This document shows, one piece after another, positions 28,054 through 44,092 of a stretch of DNA of 64,000 nucleotides. A model generated the notes under the pieces. The model was not told the origin of the DNA. It saw only the letters and a program-made list of their open reading frames with translations, and ran no database searches. Where the stretch lies: positions 2,112,001 to 2,176,000 of the forward strand of contig CAVZZO010000001.1 of NCBI GenBank assembly GCA_963779755.1. Direction: 5' to 3'. How positions within the stretch are numbered: position 1 is the first letter of the stretch; each line of letters starts with the position of its first letter. This DNA comes from an uncultured Gemmatimonadales bacterium (GTDB lineage Bacteria; Gemmatimonadota; Gemmatimonadetes; Gemmatimonadales; GWC2-71-9). The translations under genes were made by a program, and so were the position numbers.

Positions 28054-29325
28054 GTGCCGCTACCGCAAGTTAGCCCCGGGTCCGCAAGGATCAAGGTAAG
28101 CCTGGCCTCCCTGCGGGTCGGCCTCGGCACCCTCCGCTCCAATCCCCTGCGGACCTCCCTCTCCGTCCTCGGCGTGGTCATCGGGGTGGCCGCCCTGGTG
28201 GCGGTCCTGGCGGTGGGCGATGGGCTGGAACAGTTCGCCCGCGCGCAGATTTCCCGCACCACATCGGTCCAGTCGATTCAGATCGCGCCGCAGACCACCC
28301 GCACGGTCGACCACCGGGTCTTTGCCCGCACCGATTTTCCGGTCTTCGGCCCGGGCGATGCGGAGGCGCTGAGCCGGCTCACCGGTTCCCTGGCCGACGT
28401 CACCATCCTGCTCGGCGGCTCTGCGTTGGTGAGCCCGGCCGACGGCCGGACCGAACGCGGCGTCACGGTGACCGCCACGCTGCCCGCCTCGGGCGCCATG
28501 TTGGGACTGGTTCCCGCGGAAGGTCGTTTCCTGAGCGCGGACGATATCCGGGACAGCGCCGCCGTGGCGGTCGTCTCCCGCGGGCTGGCGCGGACCCTGG
28601 GCGATTCGGGCGCCGTCGCGGGGCGCGTGCTCCGGTTTCAGGCCAGGCCGGCCCGGGTGATCGGCGTGCTGCCCGACCCGCGAGGCAGCGGCGACCTGGA
28701 GGCGTGGATACCGTTGACCGCCGCTCCCTTCCTGCTGGCTCCGGCCAGTGGCGCCCGGGCGCCAGCACTCCTGCTCAAGGCACGCCGGGTGGAAGACGTC
28801 GGCCGGGCGCGCCAGGTGGCGGAGGTGTGGCTGGGGCGCCGGCTGGGGCCGCAGTGGGCCGGCGATGTCACGGTCAGCACCGCCCAGGGGCGGCTGCAGC
28901 AGGCGCAGCAGGGCATGCTCATCTTCAAGCTGTTCATGGGCGCCATCACCGGCATCTCCCTTCTGGTGGGCGGGATCGGCATCATGAATGTGCTGCTGGC
29001 CTCGGTGGTGGAACGGACGCGGGAGATCGGCGTCCGCCGCGCCGTGGGCGCGCGGAAGCGCGACCTGCTCCTGCAGTTCCTGGGGGAATCGGTGGCGGTA
29101 GCCTGCGCCGGTGGGGCGGTGGGGGCCGGCCTGGGACTGGCCGGCGCGTTCGGGATTACCGCCCTGCTGCGCGCCCGCGCCGGTGCGCGGATCTACGCCG
29201 CGTTCGCCTGGGAAACGCTGGCCTTTGCCATGCTGGCCGCGGGGGCCGTCGGGCTGGTCTTCGGTGTATACCCCGCGCTGCGCGCCGCCCGGCTGTCACC
29301 GATCGACGCCATCCGCCACGAGTAG
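28054..29325 (+). CDS. MacB/FtsX-family ABC transporter permease (no adjacent ATPase)
   Basis: LSVLGVVIGVA, VGGIGIMNVLLASVVERTREIGVRRAVGA, YPALRAARLSP; start uncertain (28018 or 28054). Confidence 0.88.
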   Translation: MPLPQVSPGSARIKVSLASLRVGLGTLRSNPLRTSLSVLGVVIGVAALVAVLAVGDGLEQFARAQISRTTSVQSIQIAPQTTRTVDHRVFARTDFPVFGPGDAEALSRLTGSLADVTILLGGSALVSPADGRTERGVTVTATLPASGAMLGLVPAEGRFLSADDIRDSAAVAVVSRGLARTLGDSGAVAGRVLRFQARPARVIGVLPDPRGSGDLEAWIPLTAAPFLLAPASGARAPALLLKARRVEDVGRARQVAEVWLGRRLGPQWAGDVTVSTAQGRLQQAQQGMLIFKLFMGAITGISLLVGGIGIMNVLLASVVERTREIGVRRAVGARKRDLLLQFLGESVAVACAGGAVGAGLGLAGAFGITALLRARAGARIYAAFAWETLAFAMLAAGAVGLVFGVYPALRAARLSPIDAIRHE

Positions 29326-29334
29326 CTCCGCGGC

Positions 29335-31997
<2,663 letters not shown>

Positions 31998-32001
<4 letters not shown>

Positions 32002-33392
32002 GCGGGACTCGTGAGGAGTGGTGACGCATGGCGGAGCTGAACGATCTGCTCCGAAACTGGTGTAGGGTAGCGGCCGGAGAAACAGGCGTGGCACCAGGCA
32101 TTACCGTTGCCGGCCGCCCGGAGCATGCCCTCGAGCGAGAGATAGCCCAGCGTGTCCACGCCCAGGTAGTCGCGGACCTCGTCCTGGGAATGGGTGGCCG
32201 CGATGAGCTCTTCCCGGGTGGGAGTGTCGATCCCGTAGTGGCAGGGGCCGGTGATGGGTGGCGAGGCCAGCCGGAGATGCACCTCGCGCGCCCCGGCGGC
32301 GCGGATCATCTGCACCAGCCCCTTGCTGGTGGTGCCGCGCACCAGGCTGTCGTCCACCACCACCACCGACTTGCCGTCGATCACTTCGCGCACCGGATTG
32401 AACTTGATCTTCACCTTGGCCACGCGCAGCGCCTGGCTGGGGTGAATGAATGTCCGGCCTACGTAGTGATTGCGGATGAGGCCGTGCTCCAGCTTGATGC
32501 CGGATTCTTCGGCGAAGCCCAGGGCCATGGCGTTGGCGCTGTCGGGCACGCTGAAGACCACCTCGGCGTCCGGCGCCGGATGCTCCCGCGCCAGCTCGCG
32601 GCCCAGGTCGCGGCGGACCCGGTCCACCGAGCGGCCGAAGACGGTACTGTCGGGACGGGAGAAGTAGACCAGCTCGAAGACGCAGCGGCTTACCGGCCGC
32701 GGCTCCAGCCGGCGCAGCTCGGTGACCTCGCCGTCCTCGATGCGCACGAAATCGCCCGGCTCCAGCTCGCGCAGCACCCGCGCGCCCAGCAGGTCGAGGG
32801 CGCAGGTCTCGGACGCGACCACGATCCCGGCTCCCAGGCGGCCCATGACCAGCGGCCGGAAGCCGCGGCTGTCCACGGCCGCGTAGATGGTGCGCCCCAC
32901 CGAGATCAGCAGGGAATAGGCGCCTTCGGCCTTTTCCAGCGCGTCGCGGATCTGTTCGTCCACCGTCGGCGCCTGGGAGCGGGCGATGAGGTGCACCAGC
33001 ACTTCCGAGTCGGACGAGGAATTGAAGATCGAGCCGCGGGCGACCAGGTCGCGCTTCAGCTCCGGCGCGTTGGTGAGGTTCCCGTTGTGCGCCAGGGTGA
33101 GCGGGCCCTCATGGTAGTTCACCAGGCAGGGCTGGGCGTTGGCCAGCACCGAAGTGCCCGCCGTGGAATAGCGGGTATGACCCACCGCGACGTCGCCCGG
33201 GAGCCGGCTCAGCAGGGTATCGTCGAAGGTGTCCGAGACCAGGCCCATGCCCCGGTGGGTATGGGTCTGCCCCTGCTCGTCGATGCTGACGATCCCGGCG
33301 CTCTCCTGGCCGCGATGCTGCAGCGCATAGAGGCCCAGGTAGGCCAGCCGCGCCGCGTCGGGAATCCCGGAGATGCCGATGATACCGCACAT
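31998..33392 (-). CDS. purF: Amidophosphoribosyltransferase (Fe-S type)
   Basis: N-terminal MCG, QHRGQESAG, GHTRYST, VDDSLVRGTT, CHACF. Confidence 0.97.
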
Positions 33393-33395
33393 GAG

Positions 33396-35735
33396 CTATG
33401 CTCCCGCCGCGCCGCTGCTGACCGGTTGCCGCATCCGGCGCGGAATCGCTTCGAAGTAGGCCTCGCGCAACCCATCGACCGGGCGGCGGATTGCCGCACC
33501 CCGGCCGGTGATCTCCACCAGTCCGTGAGGTTGGCCCACGGTACCGGCAACCGCGGCCGGCACCCCGAGCTCCGCCGCCAGCGCGAGGAGCGGTGCGTCC
33601 TGACCGCCCGCACAGGAGATCACGGCGCAGGCGGATGGCTCCCCGAAAAATAACCCCGCAGGGGAGATCTCCGAGCCGTGGCCGGCCCAGGTATCGAGGT
33701 CGACGGCGACGCCGGACCCGGCCCTGCTGTAGGGGCCTCCCATGGCCGATTCTGCCACCGCCAGCGCCATGCCTCCGGCGCTCACATCGTGTGCCGAGCG
33801 CAGCAGTCCGGCTCCCGCGGCCCGGGCCAGAAAGCGTTGCAACGCCGCCTCCGCCTCGAGATTGACCCGCGAGGGCGTGCCGCCGGAGAATTCCCGCACC
33901 ACCGACCAGTAGGCGGAGCCGCCCAGGCCGTGGCTGGTAGCCGGGTCGGTGTTGGGCCGGCCCAGCAGCAGGATCAGGTCGCCCGGCGTCTGAAAATGGG
34001 AGCCGACCCGCCGCTCGATACGGTCCAGCAGGCCGACCATGCCCACCACCGGCGTGGGATCGATCGCCCCGGCGGGGCTCTCGTTGTAGAACGAGACGTT
34101 CCCGCCGGTTACCGGTGTGCCGAACGCTTCGCAGGCATCGGCAATGCCGCGGCAGGCCTCCCGGAACTGGTAGAACACGGCCGGGCGCTCGGGGTTCCCG
34201 AAGTTCAGGCAATCGGTGATCCCCAGGGGCACGGCACCGGTGCAGGCGATGTTGCGCGCCGCCTCGGCCACTGCCGCCTTGCCTCCCTCGTAGGGATCGA
34301 GCGCCACCAGCCGGGGGTTACAGTCGACCGTCACCGCCAGCCCCAGCGCGGTATCGCCCACGCGCAGGACGCCGGCGTCGCCGCCCGGCGCGATCCCGGT
34401 GGCGCCCTGCACGGTGGAGTCGTACTGCTCGTAGACCCAGCGCTTGGAGGCCAGGGAAGGATCGGCCAGCAACAGGTCCAGCGCGCCGGCCATGTCCGGC
34501 GACGCGCCCGAGGGCGGCGCCGCCTCCCTTCGCCGCGCCGCCGCGGGATCTTCGCGGGCGTCGGGGTGGTACACCGGGCAGTCCTCCACCAGCCGCTGAC
34601 CCGGGATCTCGGCCACCACCGTTCCGCCGTGGACTACCCGGAACAGCCCGTCATTGGTGACGTGCCCCACCTGGGCCGCTTCCAGCTCCCACTTGCGGCA
34701 GATCTCCTGCACTCGCGCGATATTCTCCGGGCGGCAGACCACCAGCATCCTCTCCTGCGATTCCGAGAGCAGGATCTCGTACGGCGTCATGTCCGGCTCG
34801 CGGACCGGCACCCGATCGGTATGCAGTTCGACCCCCACCCCGCCGCGCGCGGCCATCTCGGCCGAGGAACTGGTCAGGCCGGCGGCGCCCATGTCCTGAA
34901 TGGCGACGATGGATCGGGAGGCGATGAGCTCGAGCGTGGCCTCGAGCAGGAGCTTCTCGGTGAACGGGTCGCCCACCTGCACCTGGGGCCGGCGCGCCTC
35001 GCTCTTCTCCGACAGCTCTTCGGAGGCGAAACTGGCCCCGTGGATGCCGTCGCGGCCGGTGCGGGCGCCGACCGCCAGGAGCACGTTGCCCACGCCGGTG
35101 GCCGCGGCGCGGATCAGGTCTTCCTCCCGCAGCAGTCCCACGCACATGGCGTTGACCAGGGGATTGCCGTTGTAGCCGGGAGCGAATTCGACCTCGCCTC
35201 CCAGCGTGGGCACCCCCACGCAGTTGCCGTAGTCGCCGACGCCCTTCACCACGCCGGCGAAGAGATACCGGTTGCGGGGCAGGTTGAGCGGCCCGAACCG
35301 CAGGCTGTTGAGCACGGCAACCGGGCGCGCGCCCATGGTGAAGACATCGCGCAGGATGCCGCCCACCCCGGTGGCGGCGCCCTGGTAGGGTTCCACCGCG
35401 CTGGGATGGTTGTGCGACTCGATCTTGAAGGCCACGGCCCAGCCGTCACCCAGCCGCAGCACCCCCGCATTCTCGCCCGGGCCCTGGATCACCCGGTCGC
35501 CGGTGGTGGGGAAGGTCCGCAGCACCGGCCGGCTGTGCTTGTAGGAACAGTGCTCCGACCAGAGCGCGGAGAAGATCCCCAGCTCGGTCAGGGTGGGCTC
35601 GCGACCCAGCAGTTCCTGGATGCGTTGGTACTCCAACGCATTCAGGTGGTGCTCCCGGACCAGCTCCGGTGTCACCGCGGGCTCGCCCGGCAGGGCGAAT
35701 GCGGCGGTGCGCTGGGAGGTAGGAGCCCGGGTCAC
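33396..35735 (-). CDS. purL: Phosphoribosylformylglycinamidine synthase subunit PurL
   Basis: [42 protein letters not shown] start overlaps the upstream stop. Confidence 0.95.
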   Translation of the reverse strand: MTRAPTSQRTAAFALPGEPAVTPELVREHHLNALEYQRIQELLGREPTLTELGIFSALWSEHCSYKHSRPVLRTFPTTGDRVIQGPGENAGVLRLGDGWAVAFKIESHNHPSAVEPYQGAATGVGGILRDVFTMGARPVAVLNSLRFGPLNLPRNRYLFAGVVKGVGDYGNCVGVPTLGGEVEFAPGYNGNPLVNAMCVGLLREEDLIRAAATGVGNVLLAVGARTGRDGIHGASFASEELSEKSEARRPQVQVGDPFTEKLLLEATLELIASRSIVAIQDMGAAGLTSSSAEMAARGGVGVELHTDRVPVREPDMTPYEILLSESQERMLVVCRPENIARVQEICRKWELEAAQVGHVTNDGLFRVVHGGTVVAEIPGQRLVEDCPVYHPDAREDPAAARRREAAPPSGASPDMAGALDLLLADPSLASKRWVYEQYDSTVQGATGIAPGGDAGVLRVGDTALGLAVTVDCNPRLVALDPYEGGKAAVAEAARNIACTGAVPLGITDCLNFGNPERPAVFYQFREACRGIADACEAFGTPVTGGNVSFYNESPAGAIDPTPVVGMVGLLDRIERRVGSHFQTPGDLILLLGRPNTDPATSHGLGGSAYWSVVREFSGGTPSRVNLEAEAALQRFLARAAGAGLLRSAHDVSAGGMALAVAESAMGGPYSRAGSGVAVDLDTWAGHGSEISPAGLFFGEPSACAVISCAGGQDAPLLALAAELGVPAAVAGTVGQPHGLVEITGRGAAIRRPVDGLREAYFEAIPRRMRQPVSSGAAGA

Positions 35736-36055
35736 GACCGGCCGCGGAAGCCGGTCAGCAGATCCCGCACGATACGGCCCAGCGCTCCATGGTCTTCGTG
35801 CTGCATCAGGGCGTCGATCTCCCCCGCGTCCAGCCAGAGGCCGCCGCATTCGCCGCAGCGGTCGATCTGCACTCCGTGCATGTCCTCGGGCGTGAGGTCG
35901 GCGCCGCACTTGGGGCACTTCATATGATGGCTCTTCCGCTCCGCCGCCCGCTGCTCGGAGGCCAGGGCCGCTTTCTTCTTTTCCAGCAGCTCGCGGTTGG
36001 CCTTGGCGAAGTATTCGTCTTCGTTGCGGCTGGGCTTGTCGGTTGGATCGGGCAT
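35732..36055 (-). CDS. zf-TFIIB zinc-ribbon protein with an N-terminal coiled coil
   Basis: CPKCG...[16 protein letters not shown]. Confidence 0.85.
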   Translation of the reverse strand: MPDPTDKPSRNEDEYFAKANRELLEKKKAALASEQRAAERKSHHMKCPKCGADLTPEDMHGVQIDRCGECGGLWLDAGEIDALMQHEDHGALGRIVRDLLTGFRGRS

Positions 36056-36085
36056 GGGATCGTTGGTTGGGAGTCGCTGGACAGA

Positions 36086-36113
36086 AGTCGTTAGTCGTTA
36101 GTCGCTAGTCATC
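36086..36113. repeat. AGTCGTT heptamer array (4 units)
   Basis: agtcgtt agtcgtt agtcgct agtcatc. Confidence 0.75.
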
Positions 36114-36130
36114 AGCAAAGGTCTTACATT

Positions 36131-36242
36131 GCCGTCCTGCCGTCCTGCCGTCCTGCCGTCCTGCCGTCCTGCCGTCCTGCCGTCCTGCCGTCCTGCCGTC
36201 CTGCCGTCCTGCCGTCCTGCCGTCCTGCCGTCCTGCCGTCCT
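36131..36242. repeat. (GCCGTCCT)14 perfect microsatellite
   Basis: 112 bp, 14 exact copies, intergenic between purQ and the zf-TFIIB gene. Confidence 0.95.
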
Positions 36243-36302
36243 GCGACCGAGCGGCCTCCAATAGAAAGCCGCGAGGAAGTCCTTTAGGGCCGCCCTGCCG
36301 CC

Positions 36303-37055
36303 CTACAGCCCCGCTTGTCCGGACGTCGCCGTCCTCCGCGGCTCCGGCGCGCTGCCGCCGTGCCCCGCGATCCAGCGGGCCGGACTCTGGAAGAACCCCA
36401 GACCGTCCGTGGGCCCCAGCAGGGGATCGGTAGCCCGGTCGGGGTGGGGCATCAGGCCCACCACGTTGCCGGCCTCGTTGGTGATACCCGCGATGTCGTG
36501 CAACGAGCCGTTCGGGTTGGCGCCGGGATCGCGACCGCCGTCGGGCACCAGGTACCGCACCACCACACGCCGGTCGGCTTCCAGGGCGTCGAGCACCGGC
36601 TGGTCGGCCACGTAGCGGCCCTCGCCGTGCGCCACCGGGAGCCGGATAGTGCTGCCCGGTTCGTACTCGCCGGTGAAGGCGGTGCCGGTCTGCTCCACCC
36701 GCAGGTCCACCGGCCGGGAGGCGAAGGTCAGGCGGCCGTTCCGCATCAGCGCTCCCGGGAGCAGCCCCGCCTCACAGAGGATCTGGAAGCCGTTACAGAT
36801 CCCCAGCACCGGGCCGCCGCCCCGGGCGAACCGGGTCACCGCCTGCATGATGGGACTGAACCGCGCGATCGCGCCCGCCCGCAGATAATCGCCATAGCTG
36901 AAGCCGCCGGGGAGCACCACCACGTCGGCGTTCTGGAGGGCGGTGTCGCGGTGCCAGACGTAGTACGCCTCGGCCCCCGCCCGCCGGGCGCTGTTCAGAC
37001 TGTCGAAATCGCAGTTGCTGCCGGGGAACCGGACCACCGCCACGCGCAGCGTCAT
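36303..37055 (-). CDS. purQ: FGAM synthase glutaminase subunit
   Basis: FPGSNC, PGGFSYGDYLR, GICNGFQ, AHGEG, MPHPDR. Confidence 0.95.
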   Translation of the reverse strand: MTLRVAVVRFPGSNCDFDSLNSARRAGAEAYYVWHRDTALQNADVVVLPGGFSYGDYLRAGAIARFSPIMQAVTRFARGGGPVLGICNGFQILCEAGLLPGALMRNGRLTFASRPVDLRVEQTGTAFTGEYEPGSTIRLPVAHGEGRYVADQPVLDALEADRRVVVRYLVPDGGRDPGANPNGSLHDIAGITNEAGNVVGLMPHPDRATDPLLGPTDGLGFFQSPARWIAGHGGSAPEPRRTATSGQAGL

Positions 37056-37303
37056 CGGGTCTCGACCGCGATCTCGTAGTCTTCGGTGACCGGGTTGGCC
37101 AGGAGCTTGTCGCACATGCGGCGGGCGGCCGCTTCCGCTTCGGCCGGGCTGGGGGCGTCGATGTCCAGTTCGATGGCTTTGCCCATGCGCACCTGCCGCG
37201 CCTCGCCAAAACCGAGGGAGGCGAGCGCGTGCTGCACGGCCTGGCCCTGAGGGTCGAGCAGGCCGGCACGGGGCACGACCCGGATGTGCGTTCGATAGCT
37301 CAT
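37052..37303 (-). CDS. purS: FGAM synthase subunit PurS
   Basis: LDPQG, VRMGK, LLANPV. Confidence 0.93.
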   Translation of the reverse strand: MSYRTHIRVVPRAGLLDPQGQAVQHALASLGFGEARQVRMGKAIELDIDAPSPAEAEAAARRMCDKLLANPVTEDYEIAVETR

Positions 37304-38172
37304 AGCATGTCCTTGCTGCGCGGATAGGGGGAAGCGGGCGCGTCCAGCCCCGGGTCGTCATAACCGGGATCGCCGAGGTCGGTGCCCTCGTCGTCGTCCA
37401 CATCGTCGTCGGCGCCGCCCCGCTCCTGAAGGCCCAGCACGGTGGCGCGCAGCACGCCGAACGCCATGTAGGTCAGGCCCAGCGGGAAGAGCACGTACTC
37501 CGGTACGGTCAACCCGGCGGCCAGCAGCGCCAGGATGAAGAGTGTGCCGGCGACGGCCCGGATGCTCCGGATGCCGATCCCCGGGAATTTGGGGTAGCGG
37601 ACGTTGCTCACCATCAGCACCGACAGCAGCAGCAGCAGCAGCACCAGACCATCGTGCTGCAGGTTGAGATAGGCCAGCGAAGCCTGGTACCACTCGGTGC
37701 GACTGAAGGGGTAGTAGACGGCGAGCGTCATCCCCGCCGCCGGCGACGGCAGCCCGGTGAACCAGCTGGTGGGGGGCTGGCCGTGCGAGGTGATGTTGTA
37801 GCGGGCAAGCCGGACGGCGACGGCCACCACGTAGATCCAGCAGAGCACCCAGGCGAAGCGGCCGGCCTGGGAGAACTCCAGGAAATACATGATCATGGCG
37901 GGCGCCACGCCGAAGGAGATGATGTCCACCAGCGAGTCGAGCTCGGCCCCGAAGCGGGTGCCGGCCTTGGACATGCGAGCGAGCCGCCCGTCCAGCATGT
38001 CCAGCACGCCGGCGAACACCACGAACCAGGCGGCCCAGGTGAAGTTTCCCTGGAAGGCCGAGACCATGGCCCAGAAGCCGAAGAACAGATTGCCCAGCGT
38101 GAAGGCGCTCGGCATCACGATCACCACGCCACGGAGGCGGGGGCGGCGGAACCGGCGCGGCCTTACGCCCAT
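37300..38172 (-). CDS. pssA: CDP-diacylglycerol--serine O-phosphatidyltransferase
   Basis: PSAFTLGN, DMLDGRLAR...FGAELDSLVD, RLARYN, FTGLPSP; next to psd. Confidence 0.9.
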   Translation of the reverse strand: MGVRPRRFRRPRLRGVVIVMPSAFTLGNLFFGFWAMVSAFQGNFTWAAWFVVFAGVLDMLDGRLARMSKAGTRFGAELDSLVDIISFGVAPAMIMYFLEFSQAGRFAWVLCWIYVVAVAVRLARYNITSHGQPPTSWFTGLPSPAAGMTLAVYYPFSRTEWYQASLAYLNLQHDGLVLLLLLLSVLMVSNVRYPKFPGIGIRSIRAVAGTLFILALLAAGLTVPEYVLFPLGLTYMAFGVLRATVLGLQERGGADDDVDDDEGTDLGDPGYDDPGLDAPASPYPRSKDML

Positions 38173-38792
38173 TCCGCCACCACCGTGACGCCCGCCCGGG
38201 TCCGGTAGCCGACCTGGACCAGGACCTTCGCATCGCGTGGGAGGAACAGATCCACCCGTGAGCCGAACCGGATCATGCCCATCCGTTCCCCCTGCCGGAC
38301 GTCGGTGCCCTCGTCGTGGTCGGTGACGATCCGGCGCGCTACCAGGCCGGCGATCTGCCGCACCAGCACCCGGCCGTGGGAGGTGTCCAGGCCGACCGAC
38401 GACTGCTCGTTCTCCAGGCTGGCCTTCTCTGCCGCGGCATTGATGAACTTGCCGGCGTTGTACCGGCGCCAGATCACCCGGCCGCTCACCGGATAGCGGT
38501 TGACGTGGCAGTCGAAGACGTTCATGAAGATGGAGATGCGCAGCGCGGTGCTCTGGAAGAAGTCGGGCTCGTCCACCTCCAGCACGCTCACCACCTTGCC
38601 GTCCGCCGGCGCAATCACATAGGGCTCGCCTCGCGGGCCCAGGCGCGCCGGGTCGCGGAAGAACGCCACCACCCACACCGCGAACGGCAGCCAGAGCAGG
38701 GCCCAGATCCAGAGCCCCAGTGTCAGCAGAAGGAGCTCGATCGCCCAGGCGACAACAATGAACCACCGGCCCTCGGGGGCGATGCGGATCAC
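38163..38792 (-). CDS. psd: Phosphatidylserine decarboxylase proenzyme
   Basis: [38 protein letters not shown]. Confidence 0.92.
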   Translation of the reverse strand: MIRIAPEGRWFIVVAWAIELLLLTLGLWIWALLWLPFAVWVVAFFRDPARLGPRGEPYVIAPADGKVVSVLEVDEPDFFQSTALRISIFMNVFDCHVNRYPVSGRVIWRRYNAGKFINAAAEKASLENEQSSVGLDTSHGRVLVRQIAGLVARRIVTDHDEGTDVRQGERMGMIRFGSRVDLFLPRDAKVLVQVGYRTRAGVTVVAEWA

Positions 38793-39709
38793 GCATCCTC
38801 CGGCAGATCGGCTCCGGTGAGCCGGCGGTACGCTTCGAGGTACCGGCGGCTGGTGGCGTCCACGACTTCCTCCGGCAACGGCGGCGGCGGCGCGTCGCCG
38901 TTCCAGCGGCCTTCCTTCCTGAGCCCCGCCAGGTAATCCCGCAAGGGCTGCTTGTCGAAACTCGGCTGCCCCCGGCCCGGCTGATATTGATCCGCCGGCC
39001 AGAAGCGGGAGGAATCGGGGGTCAGGACCTCGTCGATCAGGCGCAGCTCGCCGTCGGGATCGAACCCGAATTCGAATTTGGTGTCGGCGATGATGATGCC
39101 GCGGGTGGCGGCGTAGTCGCGGCCCGCGGTATAGATGCGGAAGCTCGCGTCGCGCAGCCGGGTTGCCGTGTCCTGGCCCAGCGCCTCGGCCACCGCGCCG
39201 AAGGTCACATTTTCGTCATGCCCCGAGGTGGCCTTGGTGGCCGGGGAGAAGATGGGCGGGTTAAGCCGCGCGCTCTCGGTCAGCCCCTGGGGCAGCGGCT
39301 CGCCGGCCAGCGTCCCCTGCTTGCGGTATTCGGCCCAGGCCGAGCCGGAGAGATAGCCCCGCACCACGCATTCGAAGGCCACCGGCTCGGTCCGCCGGAC
39401 CAGCATGCTGCGCCGGGCTACCTGGGCGCGATAGGCCCGCAGGGCGGGGAAGCGGTTGAGGATTTCGCTGGTATCCGCCGTGATGAAATGCGAGGGCAAC
39501 ACGTCGGCCAGCCGGTGGAACCAGAAGGCGCTGATCTGGGTCAGCACGGCGCCCTTGGCGGGTATGGCCTCGGCCATCACCACGTCGAATGCGCTCACGC
39601 GGTCGCTCGCCACCAGCAGCAAATGGCGGTCGTCGACCTCATAGACTTCGCGCACCTTGCCGCGGCGCAGGAGTGGGAAGGGCAGGTCGCTCCGGGTCAG
39701 GACGGTCAT
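38789..39709 (-). CDS. purC: SAICAR synthase
   Basis: [41 protein letters not shown]. Confidence 0.96.
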   Translation of the reverse strand: MTVLTRSDLPFPLLRRGKVREVYEVDDRHLLLVASDRVSAFDVVMAEAIPAKGAVLTQISAFWFHRLADVLPSHFITADTSEILNRFPALRAYRAQVARRSMLVRRTEPVAFECVVRGYLSGSAWAEYRKQGTLAGEPLPQGLTESARLNPPIFSPATKATSGHDENVTFGAVAEALGQDTATRLRDASFRIYTAGRDYAATRGIIIADTKFEFGFDPDGELRLIDEVLTPDSSRFWPADQYQPGRGQPSFDKQPLRDYLAGLRKEGRWNGDAPPPPLPEEVVDATSRRYLEAYRRLTGADLPEDA

Positions 39710-41141
39710 ACGGCTAGCTCCGCGGTATCCACCGCCGTGGCGAGCGGTCGTGCCCGCTCCAGCAGGGGATGCAGGAAGTCGTGGAGGAATTCGCCCACCT
39801 GCCGCTCGGCGCGGCCGGTGTAGCGGACGGGATTGAGCTCACGGCGCAACTGGTCGCCCGGCACGCCGGCGAAGGCCGGGTCGGCGGCCAACCGCACCAG
39901 CAGGTCGTTGGCGGCGCCCCGGCGCACGGCTTCCGCCGCGGCCATGCTGTGGCGCCGGATGACCTCATGCAACGCCTGCCGGTCGCCGCCGGCGGCGACC
40001 CCCAGCAGGAGCCAGCGCTCCGTGGCCATGAACGGCATCTGGGCCTCGACGTTGCGCCGGATTACCTCGTCGCGGACTTCGAGGCCGGCCGCGACGTTGG
40101 CGGCGAGCACCAGGATGGCATCACCGGCCAGGAAACTCTCGGGCAGCGTGAGCCGGCGGTTGGCGCTGTCGTCCAGGGTGCGCTCCAGCCACTGGGTTGC
40201 GGCTGTCTGGGCCGCATTGGCCTGCAGCGACATGACGAACCGCGCCAGCGCGCTCATCCGCTCGGCCCGCATCGGGTTGCGCTTGTAGGCCATGGCGCTG
40301 GACCCGATCTGTTCCGCCTCGAAGGGCTCCAGCAGCTCGCCCTCGTGCTGCAGCAGCCGCAGGTCGTTCGCCATCTTGGCCGCCGATTGCGCCACGCCGC
40401 TCAGCACGTCCAGCACATGACTGTCGGTCTTGCGGGGATAGGTCTGCCCGGTCACGGCGAAGGGCTGCACGAAGCCCAGGCGGGCCGTGACCCGGCGATC
40501 CAGCTCGCGCACGCGGTCGTGATCACCGCCGAAGAGCTCGAGGAACGAGGCCTGTGTCCCGGTGGTGCCCTTGCAGCCGCGGAACCGAAGATGGGTGAGC
40601 AGGTGGCAGAGCGCTTCGACGTCGAGCGCGAAATCCTGCATCCACAGCGTGGCCCGCTTCCCCACGGTGGTGAGTTGCGCCGGCTGGAAGTGGGTGTAGG
40701 CCAGGCAGGGAGTGCCGGCGGTACGGACCGCGAAGGTCTCCAGCGCCGACAGCACCGCCAGCACGCGGCCCAGCACCAGCCGGAGCGCGTCGCGGATCAG
40801 GACCAGGTCGGCGTTGTCGCCCACGAAGGCGCTGGTGGCGCCCAGGTGCAGGTAGGGCCGCGCGCTCGGCGCCTGATCGCCCAGGGCGTGGATGTGGGCC
40901 ATGACGTCGTGGCGGAAGCGCCGCTCGTACCGGGCGGCCGCCGCGAGATCGGCGTCGTCCAGGTGCAGCCGCAGCTCGGCCAGGGCGGCATCGGGAATCT
41001 CCAGGCCCAGCTCCTGCTCCGCCTCGGCCAGCGCCAGCCAGAGGCGGCGCCAGATGGCGACCCGGTGGGCGTCGCTCCAGAGCCGCTGCATGGCGGGCGA
41101 GGCATAGCGGCTGCCCAGCGGCGACTGATAACGGTCGTCGG

Positions 41142-41145
<4 letters not shown>
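39706..41145 (-). CDS. purB: Adenylosuccinate lyase
   Basis: [31 protein letters not shown]. Confidence 0.95.
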
Positions 41146-42575
<1,430 letters not shown>

Positions 42576-43357
42576 CGATCCGGATACTCCGCGGCGAGGA
42601 AGAAGAGTCCCTGGGGCGGTGCCGGCGGACTGGAGCCGGCGTTGTCGCCACTGGCCAGTACGGTGCGCATGTCGTCCGGCGGACGGCGGCCCAGGCCGAT
42701 ATCGGTCATGGTCCCGACCAGCATGCGCACCATGTGGTGGAGAAAGCGGTCGGCTTCCACCTCGTACCGGGCGCCCGTTCCCCCGGCACGGGCCTCCCAG
42801 GCCGAATGCCGCACCCGGCAGCGGTAATGCGGGCGCGGGCTCCGCACGCTGAAGGGCCGGAAGTCGTGTTCGCCCGGGAGCACCGCCGCCGCCGCCCGCA
42901 TGGCCGCCAGGTCCAGCGGGCGGGCCAAGGCCCATTCCCAGGGCCGCCGGAATGGCGAGCGGCAGGCCGGATCGGTGCCGATCTCGTAGCGGTAGCGTCG
43001 CGCCGTAGCGTGCTTCCGCGCGTGAAACCCCGGGAGCATCTCGTGCACCTGGGCGGCCCAGCAGTCGCCGGGGAGCAGCGCGTTCAGCGCCCGGTGCAGC
43101 TCCGGCACCGTCCAGCGCTCCGGCAGGGCGAAACTCACCGGCAGCCCCAGGGCATGGACCCCGGCATCGGTGCGTCCGGCGGCATGGGCCACCACGCGGC
43201 GCCCCACCAGGCGGGCCAGCACGTTCTCCATTTCCGACTGCACCGAGCGGCCGGCCGGCTGCCGCTGCCAGCCGACAAAGCGGCCCCCGTCGTAGTGGAG
43301 CAGGGCGAGAAACGTCCGGCTCATCGGCGCGAAATCTAGTCCCCCGGCAACCCTTAA

Positions 43358-43427
43358 AGAAGGACTGAGACGAAAGGACTGAGAGAAAAGTGGACCCACC
43401 TTTCCTCTCAGTCCTTTTTGTCTTTTC
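43358..43427. repeat. AAAGGACTGAGAG palindromic REP-like element, copy 2
   Basis: aaaggactgagagaaaag (43373-43390) pairs with ctttcctctcagtccttt (43400-43417); extra upstream copy. Confidence 0.85.
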
Positions 43428-43463
43428 TCCGGCCGGGAACTGCCAGGATTGTCGCCAGGACCG

Positions 43464-44072
43464 TCAGTACTTGCGGATGACTCCGACCACCACGCCCTGG
43501 ATGAGGACGTCCTGCTCCTGGAAGCGCATGGGCTGCATGGCGGTGTTGGCCGGCTGCAGACGGATCCATCCGCCGGTTTCGCGGTAGAACTTCTTGACGG
43601 TGGCTTCGCTGCCATTCACCAGGGCAATGACCATCTCGCCGTTCTCGGCGCTCTGGCGGCCGTTCACCACAACGAAGTCGCCATCCTGGATGTGCTCGTC
43701 GATCATGGATGAGCCCCGGACTTTGAGCGCGTAGTTGGGCCCCCGGCGCGGGAGCAGCTCGTCGGGCACCGGGAGGGTTTCGTCGTGCATGAGCGACTCG
43801 ATAGGCATACCCGCCGCTACGGTGCCCAGCAGCGGGATTTCGGTGGCCCCCGCCTGGCCGCGCGGCGGCAGCAGCTGAATGGCCCGGCTCTCGTTGTGGG
43901 TGCGGTGGATGTAGCCCTTGCGCTCGAGATTGGTCAGGTGCTCGTGCACCGTGGCCAGCGACTGAAAGCTGAAATGTTCGGCGATTTCCTCGAAGCTGGG
44001 CGCGTACTGGTGCCGGGCAATGTACTCGCGCAGGTAGGTGAGGATTTCGCTCTGGCGCCGGGTCAGGGGCAT
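43464..44072 (-). CDS. lexA: SOS repressor LexA
   Basis: LTRRQ, PSFEEI, VAAG cleavage site, GSSM (Ser), TVKK (Lys). Confidence 0.96.
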   Translation of the reverse strand: MPLTRRQSEILTYLREYIARHQYAPSFEEIAEHFSFQSLATVHEHLTNLERKGYIHRTHNESRAIQLLPPRGQAGATEIPLLGTVAAGMPIESLMHDETLPVPDELLPRRGPNYALKVRGSSMIDEHIQDGDFVVVNGRQSAENGEMVIALVNGSEATVKKFYRETGGWIRLQPANTAMQPMRFQEQDVLIQGVVVGVIRKY

Positions 44073-44092
44073 GATGGCATCTCCGCGTTTGG

